48,551 nucleotides of DNA from Thiomicrorhabdus sp. (GTDB lineage Bacteria > Pseudomonadota > Gammaproteobacteria > Thiomicrospirales > Thiomicrospiraceae): contig JAMOLY010000035.1 in NCBI GenBank assembly GCA_027068835.1, positions 1-48,551 on the forward strand. The letters run 5' to 3'. The notes below the pieces were generated by a model. It was not told the DNA's origin and ran no database searches. It saw nothing but the letters and a program-made list of their open reading frames with translations. Every line of letters begins with the position of its first letter. The first letter of the stretch is position 1. Shown here piece by piece: positions 1 to 9,522 of the stretch. Made by a program: the position numbers and the translations under genes.

Positions 1-1146
1 TGTCTGTGTTTTTTGAATAATGTGATGAATGCGGTCTTTAGCCATATTAGCTTCTGTCCCAAGTTTAATCAGGTGCTCAACGGTTGGATTACGTCCTTCC
101 CCCATGACCATGGTACTTTGTTCTCCACGCGGCCCCGATGAAAAGGTTAAATCATAGGCGGGTGATAGTTTCCACTCGCCAGTATTATCCATCAAAAAGC
201 TAAAATTCTTAGCATGGTCATCACGATTATGTACCAACACATTAAACACCGCCAACCGATACATTTTTTCAACCTCTCGCACATCACGCGTTAACATGCT
301 CGTAAGTGCCATTAAATCTTCATAATCAAGTGATGGCGTACGAAAATCCGAATGCAGTAATCCACACGCTGTATGCATATGATAGCGCTTGTTATTCTCT
401 CGATCAAAACGCTTAACCGCAAAATAGCCCGCGCCTTTTTGTGCTGCAAACAGATGAACATCTGGCATGTGAATACCCGCTTCAATCGCCATCAGAGCAT
501 ATACATACTCTATCGCTCCCGCATCTAAACCGTCTTGGCTATTGGCAAATTTAACCATCCACGGAGCATATCCATCAAGCCATTTATTGACACCATGCAC
601 AATATGTTCACGCGTTTGATCAACACCAATAAGCGCCTTAGGACGCGCACCTGCTGAAGAACCATTTAAAGTAAGCAGCGCTTGTAACACTTCATCAGAT
701 GTACCGTCTAATACATCTTTTGCTTGCTCTGCAAGATGCTCTAAGTTTAGCGCTTCTTGTCTCTCATCAACACTGTAATCAGGTTCAAAAACCAGTGCGC
801 CCATGCCCTGTAATCCAATATACGCCAAACGATCTAAAGGCGTAACCTCCGCTGGCATAATGCCTTGTGTGCGAGCAAAACGATCAAACAACAAGCGCCC
901 CCAGCCATCCGGTAAGCTGTCATTAAACACACCAGGCAATCCCTCAAATAAATTAAAATCAAAACGAAAAACACCTGATTGTAAGGGTAAATTTAAAGGC
1001 GATATTTCCATTCCATAATCAATAAATGCACGATCGTATTCAAAGTAAATGGTTCGCTCACGTATCGCCAATCGTCCAACGGGCATGGTACTACCACCAA
1101 AATTGATTCCAACTTTCACCTCTCTTACCGATGACATCTGGCTCAT
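1..1146 (-). CDS. hipA: HipA-family Ser/Thr kinase toxin (type II TA), 3' end beyond window
   Basis: Manual translation of the minus strand from ATG 1146 (ATGA overlap with the antitoxin stop) is open to position 1. It reads MSQMSSVREVKVG...DSLPDGWGR...GSSAGARPKA...FAVKRFDR...HNRDDHAKNFS...LSPAYD, which are HipA N-domain and kinase motifs. Confidence 0.93.
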   Translation of the reverse strand, partial: MSQMSSVREVKVGINFGGSTMPVGRLAIRERTIYFEYDRAFIDYGMEISPLNLPLQSGVFRFDFNLFEGLPGVFNDSLPDGWGRLLFDRFARTQGIMPAEVTPLDRLAYIGLQGMGALVFEPDYSVDERQEALNLEHLAEQAKDVLDGTSDEVLQALLTLNGSSAGARPKALIGVDQTREHIVHGVNKWLDGYAPWMVKFANSQDGLDAGAIEYVYALMAIEAGIHMPDVHLFAAQKGAGYFAVKRFDRENNKRYHMHTACGLLHSDFRTPSLDYEDLMALTSMLTRDVREVEKMYRLAVFNVLVHNRDDHAKNFSFLMDNTGEWKLSPAYDLTFSSGPRGEQSTMVMGEGRNPTVEHLIKLGTEANMAKDRIHHIIQKTQT

Positions 1147-1451
1147 TTTCGCTTGCCTCTTTTACGCGTGATTGTATCGCTACTTTCAAGAACGTCATCA
1201 ATGGAAAAAAAATCTGTTTTTTGGATTTCTGTTGCCTTTAAAATCTTTTCTAGCCCGCCAAGTACCATTTGAAGCTTTAGATAGGACTCAAGCGAGATGA
1301 CCCCTTTTTGCTCAAACTTACGAAGCGTCGGCAATGCAACGCCTGAGCGTTCCGCCAAGCCCACTTGCGTTAGCTCCATCTGCAATCGGCGCATACGGAC
1401 GTTTTCAGCCAATCTATCCTGAGCTTTGGACGGTGTTACAAGTGATACCAT
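1143..1451 (-). CDS. hipB: HipB-like XRE HTH antitoxin
   Basis: XRE HTH (LTQVGLAERSGVALPTLRKFEQKG) directly upstream of and overlapping hipA. Confidence 0.85.
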   Translation of the reverse strand: MVSLVTPSKAQDRLAENVRMRRLQMELTQVGLAERSGVALPTLRKFEQKGVISLESYLKLQMVLGGLEKILKATEIQKTDFFSIDDVLESSDTITRKRGKRK

Positions 1452-1553
1452 AGTGACACCAAACCTAAATTAATTCAATTAATTAATATTATAGTATCAT
1501 TTAATACAAAGATAAAGTAAGTATAGAAGCTTCTCTGATAAGGGAGGGGGATT

Positions 1554-1937
1554 TTAAGCTCTACTTTCTGCAACAACAAACGCCACGGTGTGATGCTTTT
1601 CGTCGCTGACGCTGATCGCCCAATCGGTGATGCCTAGCTCATTGGCTTTTTTGAGGGTTGCGCCCTCTAACAGAAGTATCGGTTGCCCTGTTGGTTTATG
1701 ACCTATGGTCATCTCTTTAAAGCATACACCTTGCGCCATTCCCGTTCCCAATGCTTTGGAAACGGCTTCTTTCAGCGCCCAGCGTTTGGCTAAAAATCGT
1801 TCTGGGTAGTGCTGTTGCGCCAGCTCCAACTGCTCGCTTTGAGAGAGCACCCGTTTTACAAATGCCTCCCCTTGCCTGTCGTACACCTTGGCAATGCGCT
1901 CTACGTCTACAATGTCCGTTCCTACACCTACAATCAC
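1554..1937 (-). CDS. acpS: holo-ACP synthase
   Basis: GVGTDIV, AKRWALKEAVSKALGTG and SVSDE motifs; follows pdxJ. Confidence 0.97.
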   Translation of the reverse strand: MIVGVGTDIVDVERIAKVYDRQGEAFVKRVLSQSEQLELAQQHYPERFLAKRWALKEAVSKALGTGMAQGVCFKEMTIGHKPTGQPILLLEGATLKKANELGITDWAISVSDEKHHTVAFVVAESRA

Positions 1938-1950
1938 CGTTATGCCGATT

Positions 1951-2697
1951 CTAATCTAGGTACGCTTGCTGACGCGCTTCGACCATTAAGCGTTTCATTT
2001 CTCGTGTGGCTTCTGGCAGGCCTGAAAAAATAGCTTGTGCGATAATGGCATGGCCAATGTTCAGCTCTTCAATCCCTTTAATGGCGGCAATGGCTTGCAC
2101 ATTATGATAGTGCAAACCGTGCCCTGCGTTTACCACCAACCCTAAACGAGTTGCGTATTCGGTGGCGTGGCGAATGCGGTCTAATTCGGCCTCTACCTCT
2201 GCGGGCTTGGTCAGCTCGGCATAGGTTCCCGTGTGCAATTCAATCACGGGCGCCCCCACCTCTTTTGCAGACTCAATTTGCTTTTCGTCAGGATCAATAA
2301 ACAACGACACTCGACACTCAGCTTGTGCTAATCGAGCACACACTTCAGTTAAGTAAGGCATTTGCCCTGCCACATCCAATCCGCCTTCGGTGGTTAACTC
2401 TTCGCGTTTTTCAGGCACTAGACAAACGTCTTCAGGTTTATAAGCACACGCGATTTGCACCATCTCTTCAGTGGCCGCCATCTCTAAGTTTACTTTGGTT
2501 TGGCGCACCGCCATAATGCGTGCAACGTCTTCGTCTTGAATGTGACGACGATCTTCACGCAAATGAAGCGTAATGCTGTCTGCCCCAGCCATTTCTGCGT
2601 CTAGCGCGGCTTTAATAGGATCTGGGTAGCGTGTACCACGCGCTTGTCTTAAGGTGGCGACGTGGTCGATGTTTAGCCCTAAATAAATGGGATTCAT
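1951..2697 (-). CDS. pdxJ: pyridoxine 5'-phosphate synthase
   Basis: [37 protein letters not shown]. Confidence 0.98.
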   Translation of the reverse strand: MNPIYLGLNIDHVATLRQARGTRYPDPIKAALDAEMAGADSITLHLREDRRHIQDEDVARIMAVRQTKVNLEMAATEEMVQIACAYKPEDVCLVPEKREELTTEGGLDVAGQMPYLTEVCARLAQAECRVSLFIDPDEKQIESAKEVGAPVIELHTGTYAELTKPAEVEAELDRIRHATEYATRLGLVVNAGHGLHYHNVQAIAAIKGIEELNIGHAIIAQAIFSGLPEATREMKRLMVEARQQAYLD

Positions 2698-2715
2698 AAA
2701 TGCGTTTCCTTTTTA

Positions 2716-2742
2716 ATCCCCTCTTTGTAGAAGGGGGGGGAT
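2716..2742. repeat. degenerate C-run/G8 inverted pair between recO and pdxJ
   Basis: ATCCCCTCT-TTGT-AGAAGGGGGGGGAT; G8 at 2733-2740. Confidence 0.6.
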
Positions 2743-2749
2743 ATTTTTT

Positions 2750-3484
2750 TTAATTGCGTTTAAAGCGCCCAAATAACTGTCGAGTCATCATGGGTTTTGT
2801 GCCTAAATAGGGGGTTAATACCGCTCTTAACAGCTGTTTTAATTGCGGCAAAGACGCTTCACAGTAACGCTGTTCTGCCAATGCCAATAAGCTCCGTCCG
2901 CTAATCAAAACTCCTGTTGCCAAACCATCTTGTTCAACACTCACCGCCCCGCTTTCAGGGTAAAAGTAGTAGTTGATCTCTGGGTTAATTGGCTGTTGTG
3001 CCATATCTTCATCGCACACCACGCCCTGCCCAAGTTCATTTAACAAATGGTATTCAAACAGCCGTAGCGCCCACGCTTGTTCATTGCGCGTTTTGGCCGC
3101 CAATAACTGGTATAAGGTTTGTTGATACTGTTCAAACAACGGTTCGGCCGCCACGTGTGAAAACAACAAACGGTACAGCAGTTCATTCAAATATAAGCCA
3201 CAAATACTTGCCTCTCCCGCTAAAGGAAAGTAAAGGCTGGCACGTTCAAATTGATGAATTGAGACAAGATCAGACGCTTTATTGGCTCGTTCTCGCCACT
3301 GCAATGTCAGCAGTTGAAACGGTTGCAGTAACGCAGATTTTTGTGAGGCAGTTTTTCTCCCCCCCCTTACACCACGAATAATGCCGTTAAATTTACCATA
3401 ATGGGGTGAAAAAAAGGTCACTAACGCACTGGTTTCTCGGTAAGCTCTGCTGTGCAACACAAAGGCGGGTTGCTCAATCTCCAT
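2750..3484 (-). CDS. recO: DNA repair protein RecO
   Basis: AFVLHSRAYRETS, LQPFQ, GLYLNELL, LRLFEYHLLNELG; era-recO-pdxJ synteny. Confidence 0.96.
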   Translation of the reverse strand: MEIEQPAFVLHSRAYRETSALVTFFSPHYGKFNGIIRGVRGGRKTASQKSALLQPFQLLTLQWRERANKASDLVSIHQFERASLYFPLAGEASICGLYLNELLYRLLFSHVAAEPLFEQYQQTLYQLLAAKTRNEQAWALRLFEYHLLNELGQGVVCDEDMAQQPINPEINYYFYPESGAVSVEQDGLATGVLISGRSLLALAEQRYCEASLPQLKQLLRAVLTPYLGTKPMMTRQLFGRFKRN

Positions 3485-3495
3485 CGTACTGGCGA

Positions 3496-4467
3496 TTAAC
3501 TGCTGTAGTTATCGTCATAGCCTAAGCTGGCTAAGGCACGTGCATCATCCGACCAGTTGGCTTTGACTTTTACCCACAGTTCCAAATGCACACGACCATC
3601 CAGTAAGGTAATCAAATCTTTACGCGCTTGCGTGCCCATCTCTTTAATGAGTGCGCCTTTTTTGCCAATGACAATTTGCTTTTGCCCTTTGCGTTCGACC
3701 AAAATAAGCGCGTTAATAAACCAACGCCCTTCCGCTTCGTCAAACTTAAACTGTTCAATTTCAACCGTTGCGCCATAAGGAACTTCTTCGCCCAAAGTTC
3801 TCATGAGTTTTTCGCGAATGATTTCGGAGGTTAAAAAACGTTGTGAACGATCCGTTATGTACTCTTCCGGAAAAATTTTCTCTTGGCGGGGTAGGTATTT
3901 AAGCACCTCTTTTTTAATCAAGTCCAAGCCACTTTTTTTATAGGCGGAGATGGGAATGAGCGTATCCATTTGGACGTTTTCACCCACGATTTGCAAAAAC
4001 GGAAACAGGTCTTCTTTATTTTTGTAGTTGTCGATTTTATTCATTAACACCACCACTGGGGTTTCAATGCCTTCCAGCTTTTTGGCGACGGCTTCGTCTT
4101 CTCTATTCCAACGCCCTGCTTCGACCACAAACAGAATCACATCCACATCGGCAAACGCACTGTTGGCGGTTCGGTTCATGTAATCGTTAATGGATTTCTC
4201 CCCCCCTAGGTGCATTCCGGGGGTGTCTACGTAAATAATTTGATGCTGATCGGTGGTGTAAATTCCGTGAATACGGTGGCGTGTGGTTTGAGGTTTGTGC
4301 GAGGTAATGCTGAGTTTTTGCCCCAACAACTCGTTCATAATGGTGGATTTACCCACATTTGGACGACCAATGACCGCGGCAAAACCCGTTTGATAGTCGG
4401 TTTTTGGCTCAGAAGCGGAATCATTGCCGCCCGCTAAAATGGCTTCTAAATCTAATTTCTTACTCAC
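3496..4467 (-). CDS. era: GTPase Era
   Basis: GRPNVGKST, DTPG, NKID, KH domain (VIGKKG), LELWVKVK. Confidence 0.98.
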   Translation of the reverse strand: MSKKLDLEAILAGGNDSASEPKTDYQTGFAAVIGRPNVGKSTIMNELLGQKLSITSHKPQTTRHRIHGIYTTDQHQIIYVDTPGMHLGGEKSINDYMNRTANSAFADVDVILFVVEAGRWNREDEAVAKKLEGIETPVVVLMNKIDNYKNKEDLFPFLQIVGENVQMDTLIPISAYKKSGLDLIKKEVLKYLPRQEKIFPEEYITDRSQRFLTSEIIREKLMRTLGEEVPYGATVEIEQFKFDEAEGRWFINALILVERKGQKQIVIGKKGALIKEMGTQARKDLITLLDGRVHLELWVKVKANWSDDARALASLGYDDNYSS

Positions 4468-4521
4468 GGTAATTCCTTTTATCTCTTAAACAGAAGTGTA
4501 ACCACACAGCTAGCTTAGTGG

Positions 4522-5232
4522 TTACACTTCGCCAAGTGCTTTAAGCGCCAACTCGGCGGCTTTCTGTTCTGCTTTTCTGCGATTAGATGCCGTAGCTTCA
4601 AACTTAGTATTAAGCTTTTCAACAAAACACGATACCGTAAACGACTGTGCATGTGCCGCGCCATTAACCGTAATAATGCTGTACTCAGGCAAGGGTTCAT
4701 TCCGAGATTGCAGCCACTCTTGCAGTCGTGTTTTTGGGTCTTTACCAATGTTTTTAGGGTCAAGCACTTCCAGACGTTTGTGGTACAAACGTGTCACTAA
4801 TGCTCGGCACGCATCTAAGCCCGCATCTTCGTAAACCGATGCAATAATGGCTTCAACCGCATCGGCAATGATAGAGTCTCGTCGAAAGCCACCACTTTTT
4901 AATTCGCCGGGCCCTAATACAAGGTAATCACTTAAGTTATATTCACGCCCAATCAATGCCAAGGTATCGCCTTTTACTAAGTGTGCGCGTACTCGGCTCA
5001 TGTCGCCTTCTGGCAGGTTGTTAAACTGGTGAAACAATACATCGGCAATCATAAAATTAACCAAGCTATCCCCTAAAAACTCCAACCGTTCATTGTTTTT
5101 AGCACCCATACTACGGTGCGTTAACGCATGTTGTAACAGACTAATGGATTGGTATTGATGCCCTAATTTTTTAGACAACAACCCCAATTTAGCCAAGCGT
5201 TCAACAGAGAGTTTTCCTGGTTTTTTAGCCAT
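4522..5232 (-). CDS. rnc: ribonuclease III
   Basis: NERLEFLGDS signature and C-terminal dsRBD (DPKTRLQE). Start placed at ATG 5232, just after the lepB stop. Confidence 0.97.
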   Translation of the reverse strand: MAKKPGKLSVERLAKLGLLSKKLGHQYQSISLLQHALTHRSMGAKNNERLEFLGDSLVNFMIADVLFHQFNNLPEGDMSRVRAHLVKGDTLALIGREYNLSDYLVLGPGELKSGGFRRDSIIADAVEAIIASVYEDAGLDACRALVTRLYHKRLEVLDPKNIGKDPKTRLQEWLQSRNEPLPEYSIITVNGAAHAQSFTVSCFVEKLNTKFEATASNRRKAEQKAAELALKALGEV

Positions 5233-5233
5233 G

Positions 5234-6004
5234 TTACTCAATACCTTTTCCGATACGGTTAAAATGAACGCCATTATCCCAGTTCATCCAAATACCAAAC
5301 GCTTGACCTTTTAAGTTCTTCTCTGGCACAAAGCCCCAAAAACGACTGTCGTTACTGTGATCTCGATTATCACCCATTACAAAATAGTGGCCTTCGGGAA
5401 CGGTAACGGTAGGCATGTTTATGGCTCTTTTATCCGTATCTAATAAAATCTGATGCCAACGATCTTTCGTAAAAGACTCTTTTAGCATTGAAGCTCCGTT
5501 CATCACACTGCCAGAATCGGTACCTAAATATTTACCGATTAACTCTGTTTTAACTCTTTCACCGTTAATAAATAAGGTGCGATCAATGTAGGTAATTTCA
5601 TCGCCCGGAATTCCTACCACACGCTTAATGTAGTCTATTTTAGGGTCATCAGGAAATTTAAACACCACCACATCACCACGCTCAGGCGTACTGACTGGAA
5701 TAATCGTGGTTTGAATTACGGGCAGTTTTACACCATAAGCAAACTTATTGACTACAATAAAATCGCCGATTTGCAGCGTTGGATACATGGAAGCCGAAGG
5801 AATTTTAAACGGTTCAATAATAAAAGAACGCAACACCAAGACAATCAAAAAGATTGGAAATAATGAGCGGGCATACTCAACAATAATCGGCTCTTTGGTC
5901 GCCACCACCGCTTTTAAACGTTTAGGGCGCCAAATAATTCGATCCACATACGCGATTACGCCACTTACCGCAGTCACAATAACTAAAATCAACTCAAAAC
6001 TCAT
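5234..6004 (-). CDS. lepB: signal peptidase I
   Basis: PSASMYPTL (catalytic Ser), DYIKRVVG (Lys), GDNRDHSNDSRFWG. Confidence 0.98.
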   Translation of the reverse strand: MSFELILVIVTAVSGVIAYVDRIIWRPKRLKAVVATKEPIIVEYARSLFPIFLIVLVLRSFIIEPFKIPSASMYPTLQIGDFIVVNKFAYGVKLPVIQTTIIPVSTPERGDVVVFKFPDDPKIDYIKRVVGIPGDEITYIDRTLFINGERVKTELIGKYLGTDSGSVMNGASMLKESFTKDRWHQILLDTDKRAINMPTVTVPEGHYFVMGDNRDHSNDSRFWGFVPEKNLKGQAFGIWMNWDNGVHFNRIGKGIE

Positions 6005-6006
6005 GA

Positions 6007-7809
6007 CTACTCTCCCGTATCCAAAATCGCCAAAAAGGCTTCTTGTGGCAGCTCAACATTCCCGACGGATTTCATACGTTTCTTCCCTTCTTTTTGCTTT
6101 TGCAATAATTTTTTCTTACGTGATACATCGCCACCATAACACTTAGCGGTTACATTTTTACGCAATGCTTTTATATTAGAACGTCCAATAATCTTGGCAC
6201 CAATCGCCGCTTGAATCGCCACATCAAACATCTGACGAGGAATGACCTCTTTTAATTTCTCAACGATGACCTTACCGCGCTGTGCCGCAAAATCACGATG
6301 CACAATCACGCCCAGTGCATCCACTTTTTCGCCATTGATTAAAAAGTCCATGCGCACCAAGTTATCCGTTTGAAAACGTCTAAATTCATAATCCATCGAG
6401 GCATAACCACGGCTACAGGATTTTAAGCGATCAAAGAAATCCAACACCACCTCATTTAAAGGCAGTTCATACTGAATGGTGACTTGCCCCCCCGAGTACT
6501 GCATGTCTTTTTGCACACCGCGTTTTTCAATACACAGCTTCATCACCGACCCTACATATTCATTAGGCACTAAAATACTGGCATGAATAATCGGTTCTCT
6601 AATCTCTTCCACCAAGCCCATATCAGGCAGTTCGGATGGGTTATCAATGGTTAAAAGTTCCCCCCCCTTGGTTAGCACCTCGTAAATAACCGTGGGCGCG
6701 GTCACAATTAAATCAATATTGTATTCGCGCTCTAAACGCTCTTGCACAATCTCCATATGCAACATACCCAAAAAACCACACCTAAAACCAAAGCCTAACG
6801 CCTCAGAGCTTTCTGGCTCAAAATGCAACGCCGCATCGTTTAAACGCAGTTTACGCAACGATTCGCGTAACTCTTCATACTGCACTGAAGAGATGGGAAA
6901 CAACCCTGCAAAAACACGAGGTTGCACCGCACTAAACCCAGGCAATGCCTCCACATCTTCTCTGGAGGCATCCACCAATGTATCACCAACGGGGGCGCCG
7001 TCAATGTCTTTAATACCTGAGATCACATACCCCACTTCACCCGCGTTTAAAGAGTCAGTTGGTGTACGTTTAGGAGTAAATATGCCGACTTCATCCACCG
7101 CATAGACTTCTTTAGTGGACATAACTTTCATTTTGGTTTTTTTAGCAATGCGACCGTCCACCACTCTTACCAACGAGACCACACCTAAATAATTATCAAA
7201 CCAAGAGTCAATAATTAAAGCTTTTAAAGGCGCTTCGGGATCTCCACTAGGGGGGGGGATTTTTGCGACAATTTCTTCTAAGGTCTCTTTAATACCAATT
7301 CCTGCTTTGGCACTAGCTCTAACCGCATCTACCGCCTCAACCCCAATAATTTCCTCTATCTCTTCAATCACTCTTTCTGGTTCTGCCGCAGGTAAATCAA
7401 TTTTATTAAGCACCACCAGCACTTCAAGCCCTTGCTCAATTGCGGTGTAACAGTTGGCAACGGTTTGTGCTTCCACGCCTTGAGAGGCATCCACCACCAA
7501 CAACGCGCCTTCACACGCGGCAAGCGAGCGAGACACTTCGTACGAAAAATCCACGTGACCGGGAGTATCAATAAAGTTCAACTGATAGGTATGACCGTCA
7601 TCCGCCTTATAATCTAACGTAACACTTTGCGCCTTAATGGTAATACCGCGCTCTTTTTCAATGTCCATCGTATCCAGCACTTGCGCTTCCATCTCACGAT
7701 CCGATAACCCGCCACATAAGTGAATAAAGCGATCTGCAATGGTGGATTTACCATGGTCAATATGGGCAATGATAGAGAAATTACGAATAAATTTTAAATT
7801 GTCTGACAC
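6007..7809 (-). CDS. lepA: translation factor EF-4 (LepA)
   Basis: [52 protein letters not shown]. Probable GTG start at 7809 with a GGAG RBS. Confidence 0.98.
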   Translation of the reverse strand: MSDNLKFIRNFSIIAHIDHGKSTIADRFIHLCGGLSDREMEAQVLDTMDIEKERGITIKAQSVTLDYKADDGHTYQLNFIDTPGHVDFSYEVSRSLAACEGALLVVDASQGVEAQTVANCYTAIEQGLEVLVVLNKIDLPAAEPERVIEEIEEIIGVEAVDAVRASAKAGIGIKETLEEIVAKIPPPSGDPEAPLKALIIDSWFDNYLGVVSLVRVVDGRIAKKTKMKVMSTKEVYAVDEVGIFTPKRTPTDSLNAGEVGYVISGIKDIDGAPVGDTLVDASREDVEALPGFSAVQPRVFAGLFPISSVQYEELRESLRKLRLNDAALHFEPESSEALGFGFRCGFLGMLHMEIVQERLEREYNIDLIVTAPTVIYEVLTKGGELLTIDNPSELPDMGLVEEIREPIIHASILVPNEYVGSVMKLCIEKRGVQKDMQYSGGQVTIQYELPLNEVVLDFFDRLKSCSRGYASMDYEFRRFQTDNLVRMDFLINGEKVDALGVIVHRDFAAQRGKVIVEKLKEVIPRQMFDVAIQAAIGAKIIGRSNIKALRKNVTAKCYGGDVSRKKKLLQKQKEGKKRMKSVGNVELPQEAFLAILDTGE

Positions 7810-7824
7810 TGAATGCTCCAAATA

Positions 7825-7875
7825 TTTCCCCCCCCCCCCTCTTTAAATTATTAAATTAGATAGGGGGGGGTAAAA
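7825..7875. repeat. C12/G8 inverted pair upstream of lepA
   Basis: TTT-C12 (7828-7839)-TCT...AGATA-G8 (7863-7870)-TAAAAA. Confidence 0.75.
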
Positions 7876-7892
7876 AATACAATCTATAAAAA

Positions 7893-7912
7893 AAGGGGGC
7901 TATTGCCCCCTT
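7893..7912. terminator. GC hairpin, terminator-like on the minus strand
   Basis: AAGGGGGC-TATT-GCCCCCTT; the A-run at 7888-7894 gives a U-tract on the minus strand. Confidence 0.55.
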
Positions 7913-8119
7913 ATCCTTACCCTATTTATCGAGACTTTTAAAAATCGCGATACAGAGTAAGGTTTGGTTTAAATTTAATGTCGCATATTTTACGCTAATT
8001 TCATTCATTTCGCATGGATTAATACCTGATGCACTCGGTAGAAATGGTTAGCCTTAAGAATCAACGCAATATCTGTCTAAACTCACTTACCTTTTTTTAT
8101 TTTTCACGCTAAAAAATAT

Positions 8120-8149
8120 AAAAAAGCCTGCTATTTAACGGGCTGTTTT
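8120..8149 (-). terminator. probable intrinsic terminator of lysC
   Basis: Minus strand AGCCCGTTAAATAGCAGGCT followed by TTTTT, just after the lysC stop. Confidence 0.5.
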
Positions 8150-8168
8150 ATGAAAAGAAAATGAATTT

Positions 8169-9395
8169 TTATTTATCCAATCCAAACGCTTCGTGCAACG
8201 TTTGTACAGCCACTTCAAGGTGCTCTTCGCCGATGACGACCGAAATTTTAATCTCGGTCGTCCCAATCATTTGTATATTAATTTCATTGTCTGCCAAGGT
8301 TTTAAACATGGTGCTGGCGATGCCTGCATGGGATTTCATGCCTACTCCTACCATGGAAATTTTAACGATTTCATCGTCCATTAACACTTCACGCGCGCCT
8401 AGATGATTGGCGGTGCTTTGTAAAACCGCTTTGGCGGCTTCGGCATCCAAGCGACTCATGGTAAAGGTAAAGTCGGTGGTGCCGTCCACGCCTTGGTTTT
8501 GGATAATCATGTCAATATCAATATTGGCATCGGAGATAGGGCCTAAAATTTGATAGGCAACACCAGGCTTGTCTGGCACGCCTAAAATCATCAGTTTGGC
8601 TTCATCTCGACTGAATGCAATGCCTGAAATTAATGGTTTTTCCATCTCACTTTCCTTAAAATTTTCTTCCGATGTAATTAATGTCCCCCCCCCCTCTTTT
8701 AATGAGGAGAGTACACGCAACGGTACTTTGTATTTACTGGCAAATTCAACCGAACGAATTTGCAACACTTTTGCGCCCAAACTGGCGAGTTCGAGCATTT
8801 CATCATAGGTAATTTGATCTAAACGTTTGGCTTGAGGTACTACACGAGGATCAGTGGTATACACGCCGTCCACATCGGTGTAAATTTGACACTCGTCGGC
8901 ATTCAATGCCGCCGCCAATGCAACCGCGGTGGTATCCGAACCACCACGCCCTAAGGTGCTAATGTCACCTTCGGGGTTCATGCCTTGAAAACCAGCCACA
9001 ATGACAACTTTTCCCTGTCCCAGTTGGTCAAGTATTTTGGTGCCATCAATGTGTTCAATTCGAGCTTTGGAGTGTACTTTATCGGTCTGGATTGGCACTT
9101 GCCAACCCGTGTAAGAGATAGCGGGGTAGCCTTTGGCTTGCAATGCCATGCTTAACAAGGCAATGGTGACTTGTTCGCCTGTGGTTAACAGCACGTCCAT
9201 TTCACGTTTACAGGGCTGCGCTTGCATCTCATTTGCCATGGCGGTTAACCGGTTGGTTTCACCGCTCATGGCAGACACCGTAACTACGACTTGGTGTCCG
9301 TCGTCCACAAATTTGGCCACTTTATTGGCTACATTTTGAATACGCTCGACACTGCCGACCGATGTTCCACCGTATTTTTGAAAAATTAATGCCAT
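8169..9395 (-). CDS. lysC: aspartate kinase
   Basis: QKYGGTSVG, TLGRGGSDTTAVALA, YTDVDGVYTTDPR, two ACT domains. Confidence 0.97.
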   Translation of the reverse strand: MALIFQKYGGTSVGSVERIQNVANKVAKFVDDGHQVVVTVSAMSGETNRLTAMANEMQAQPCKREMDVLLTTGEQVTIALLSMALQAKGYPAISYTGWQVPIQTDKVHSKARIEHIDGTKILDQLGQGKVVIVAGFQGMNPEGDISTLGRGGSDTTAVALAAALNADECQIYTDVDGVYTTDPRVVPQAKRLDQITYDEMLELASLGAKVLQIRSVEFASKYKVPLRVLSSLKEGGGTLITSEENFKESEMEKPLISGIAFSRDEAKLMILGVPDKPGVAYQILGPISDANIDIDMIIQNQGVDGTTDFTFTMSRLDAEAAKAVLQSTANHLGAREVLMDDEIVKISMVGVGMKSHAGIASTMFKTLADNEINIQMIGTTEIKISVVIGEEHLEVAVQTLHEAFGLDK

Positions 9396-9438
9396 AATTT
9401 TAAATACTTTTTATACGTTATTTAGAGTAATTCAATAT

Positions 9439-9493
9439 TTCTCCCCCCCCCCTATTTAAACTTAATACATTTAAACATAGGGGGGGGGGAGAA
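9439..9493. repeat. perfect 17-bp inverted repeat built from C10/G10
   Basis: TTCT-C10-TAT (9439-9455) and ATA-G10-AGAA (9477-9493), between alaS and lysC. Confidence 0.85.
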
Positions 9494-9522
9494 TTTTTTT
9501 GAACATATTTTATCTTTGCCTG

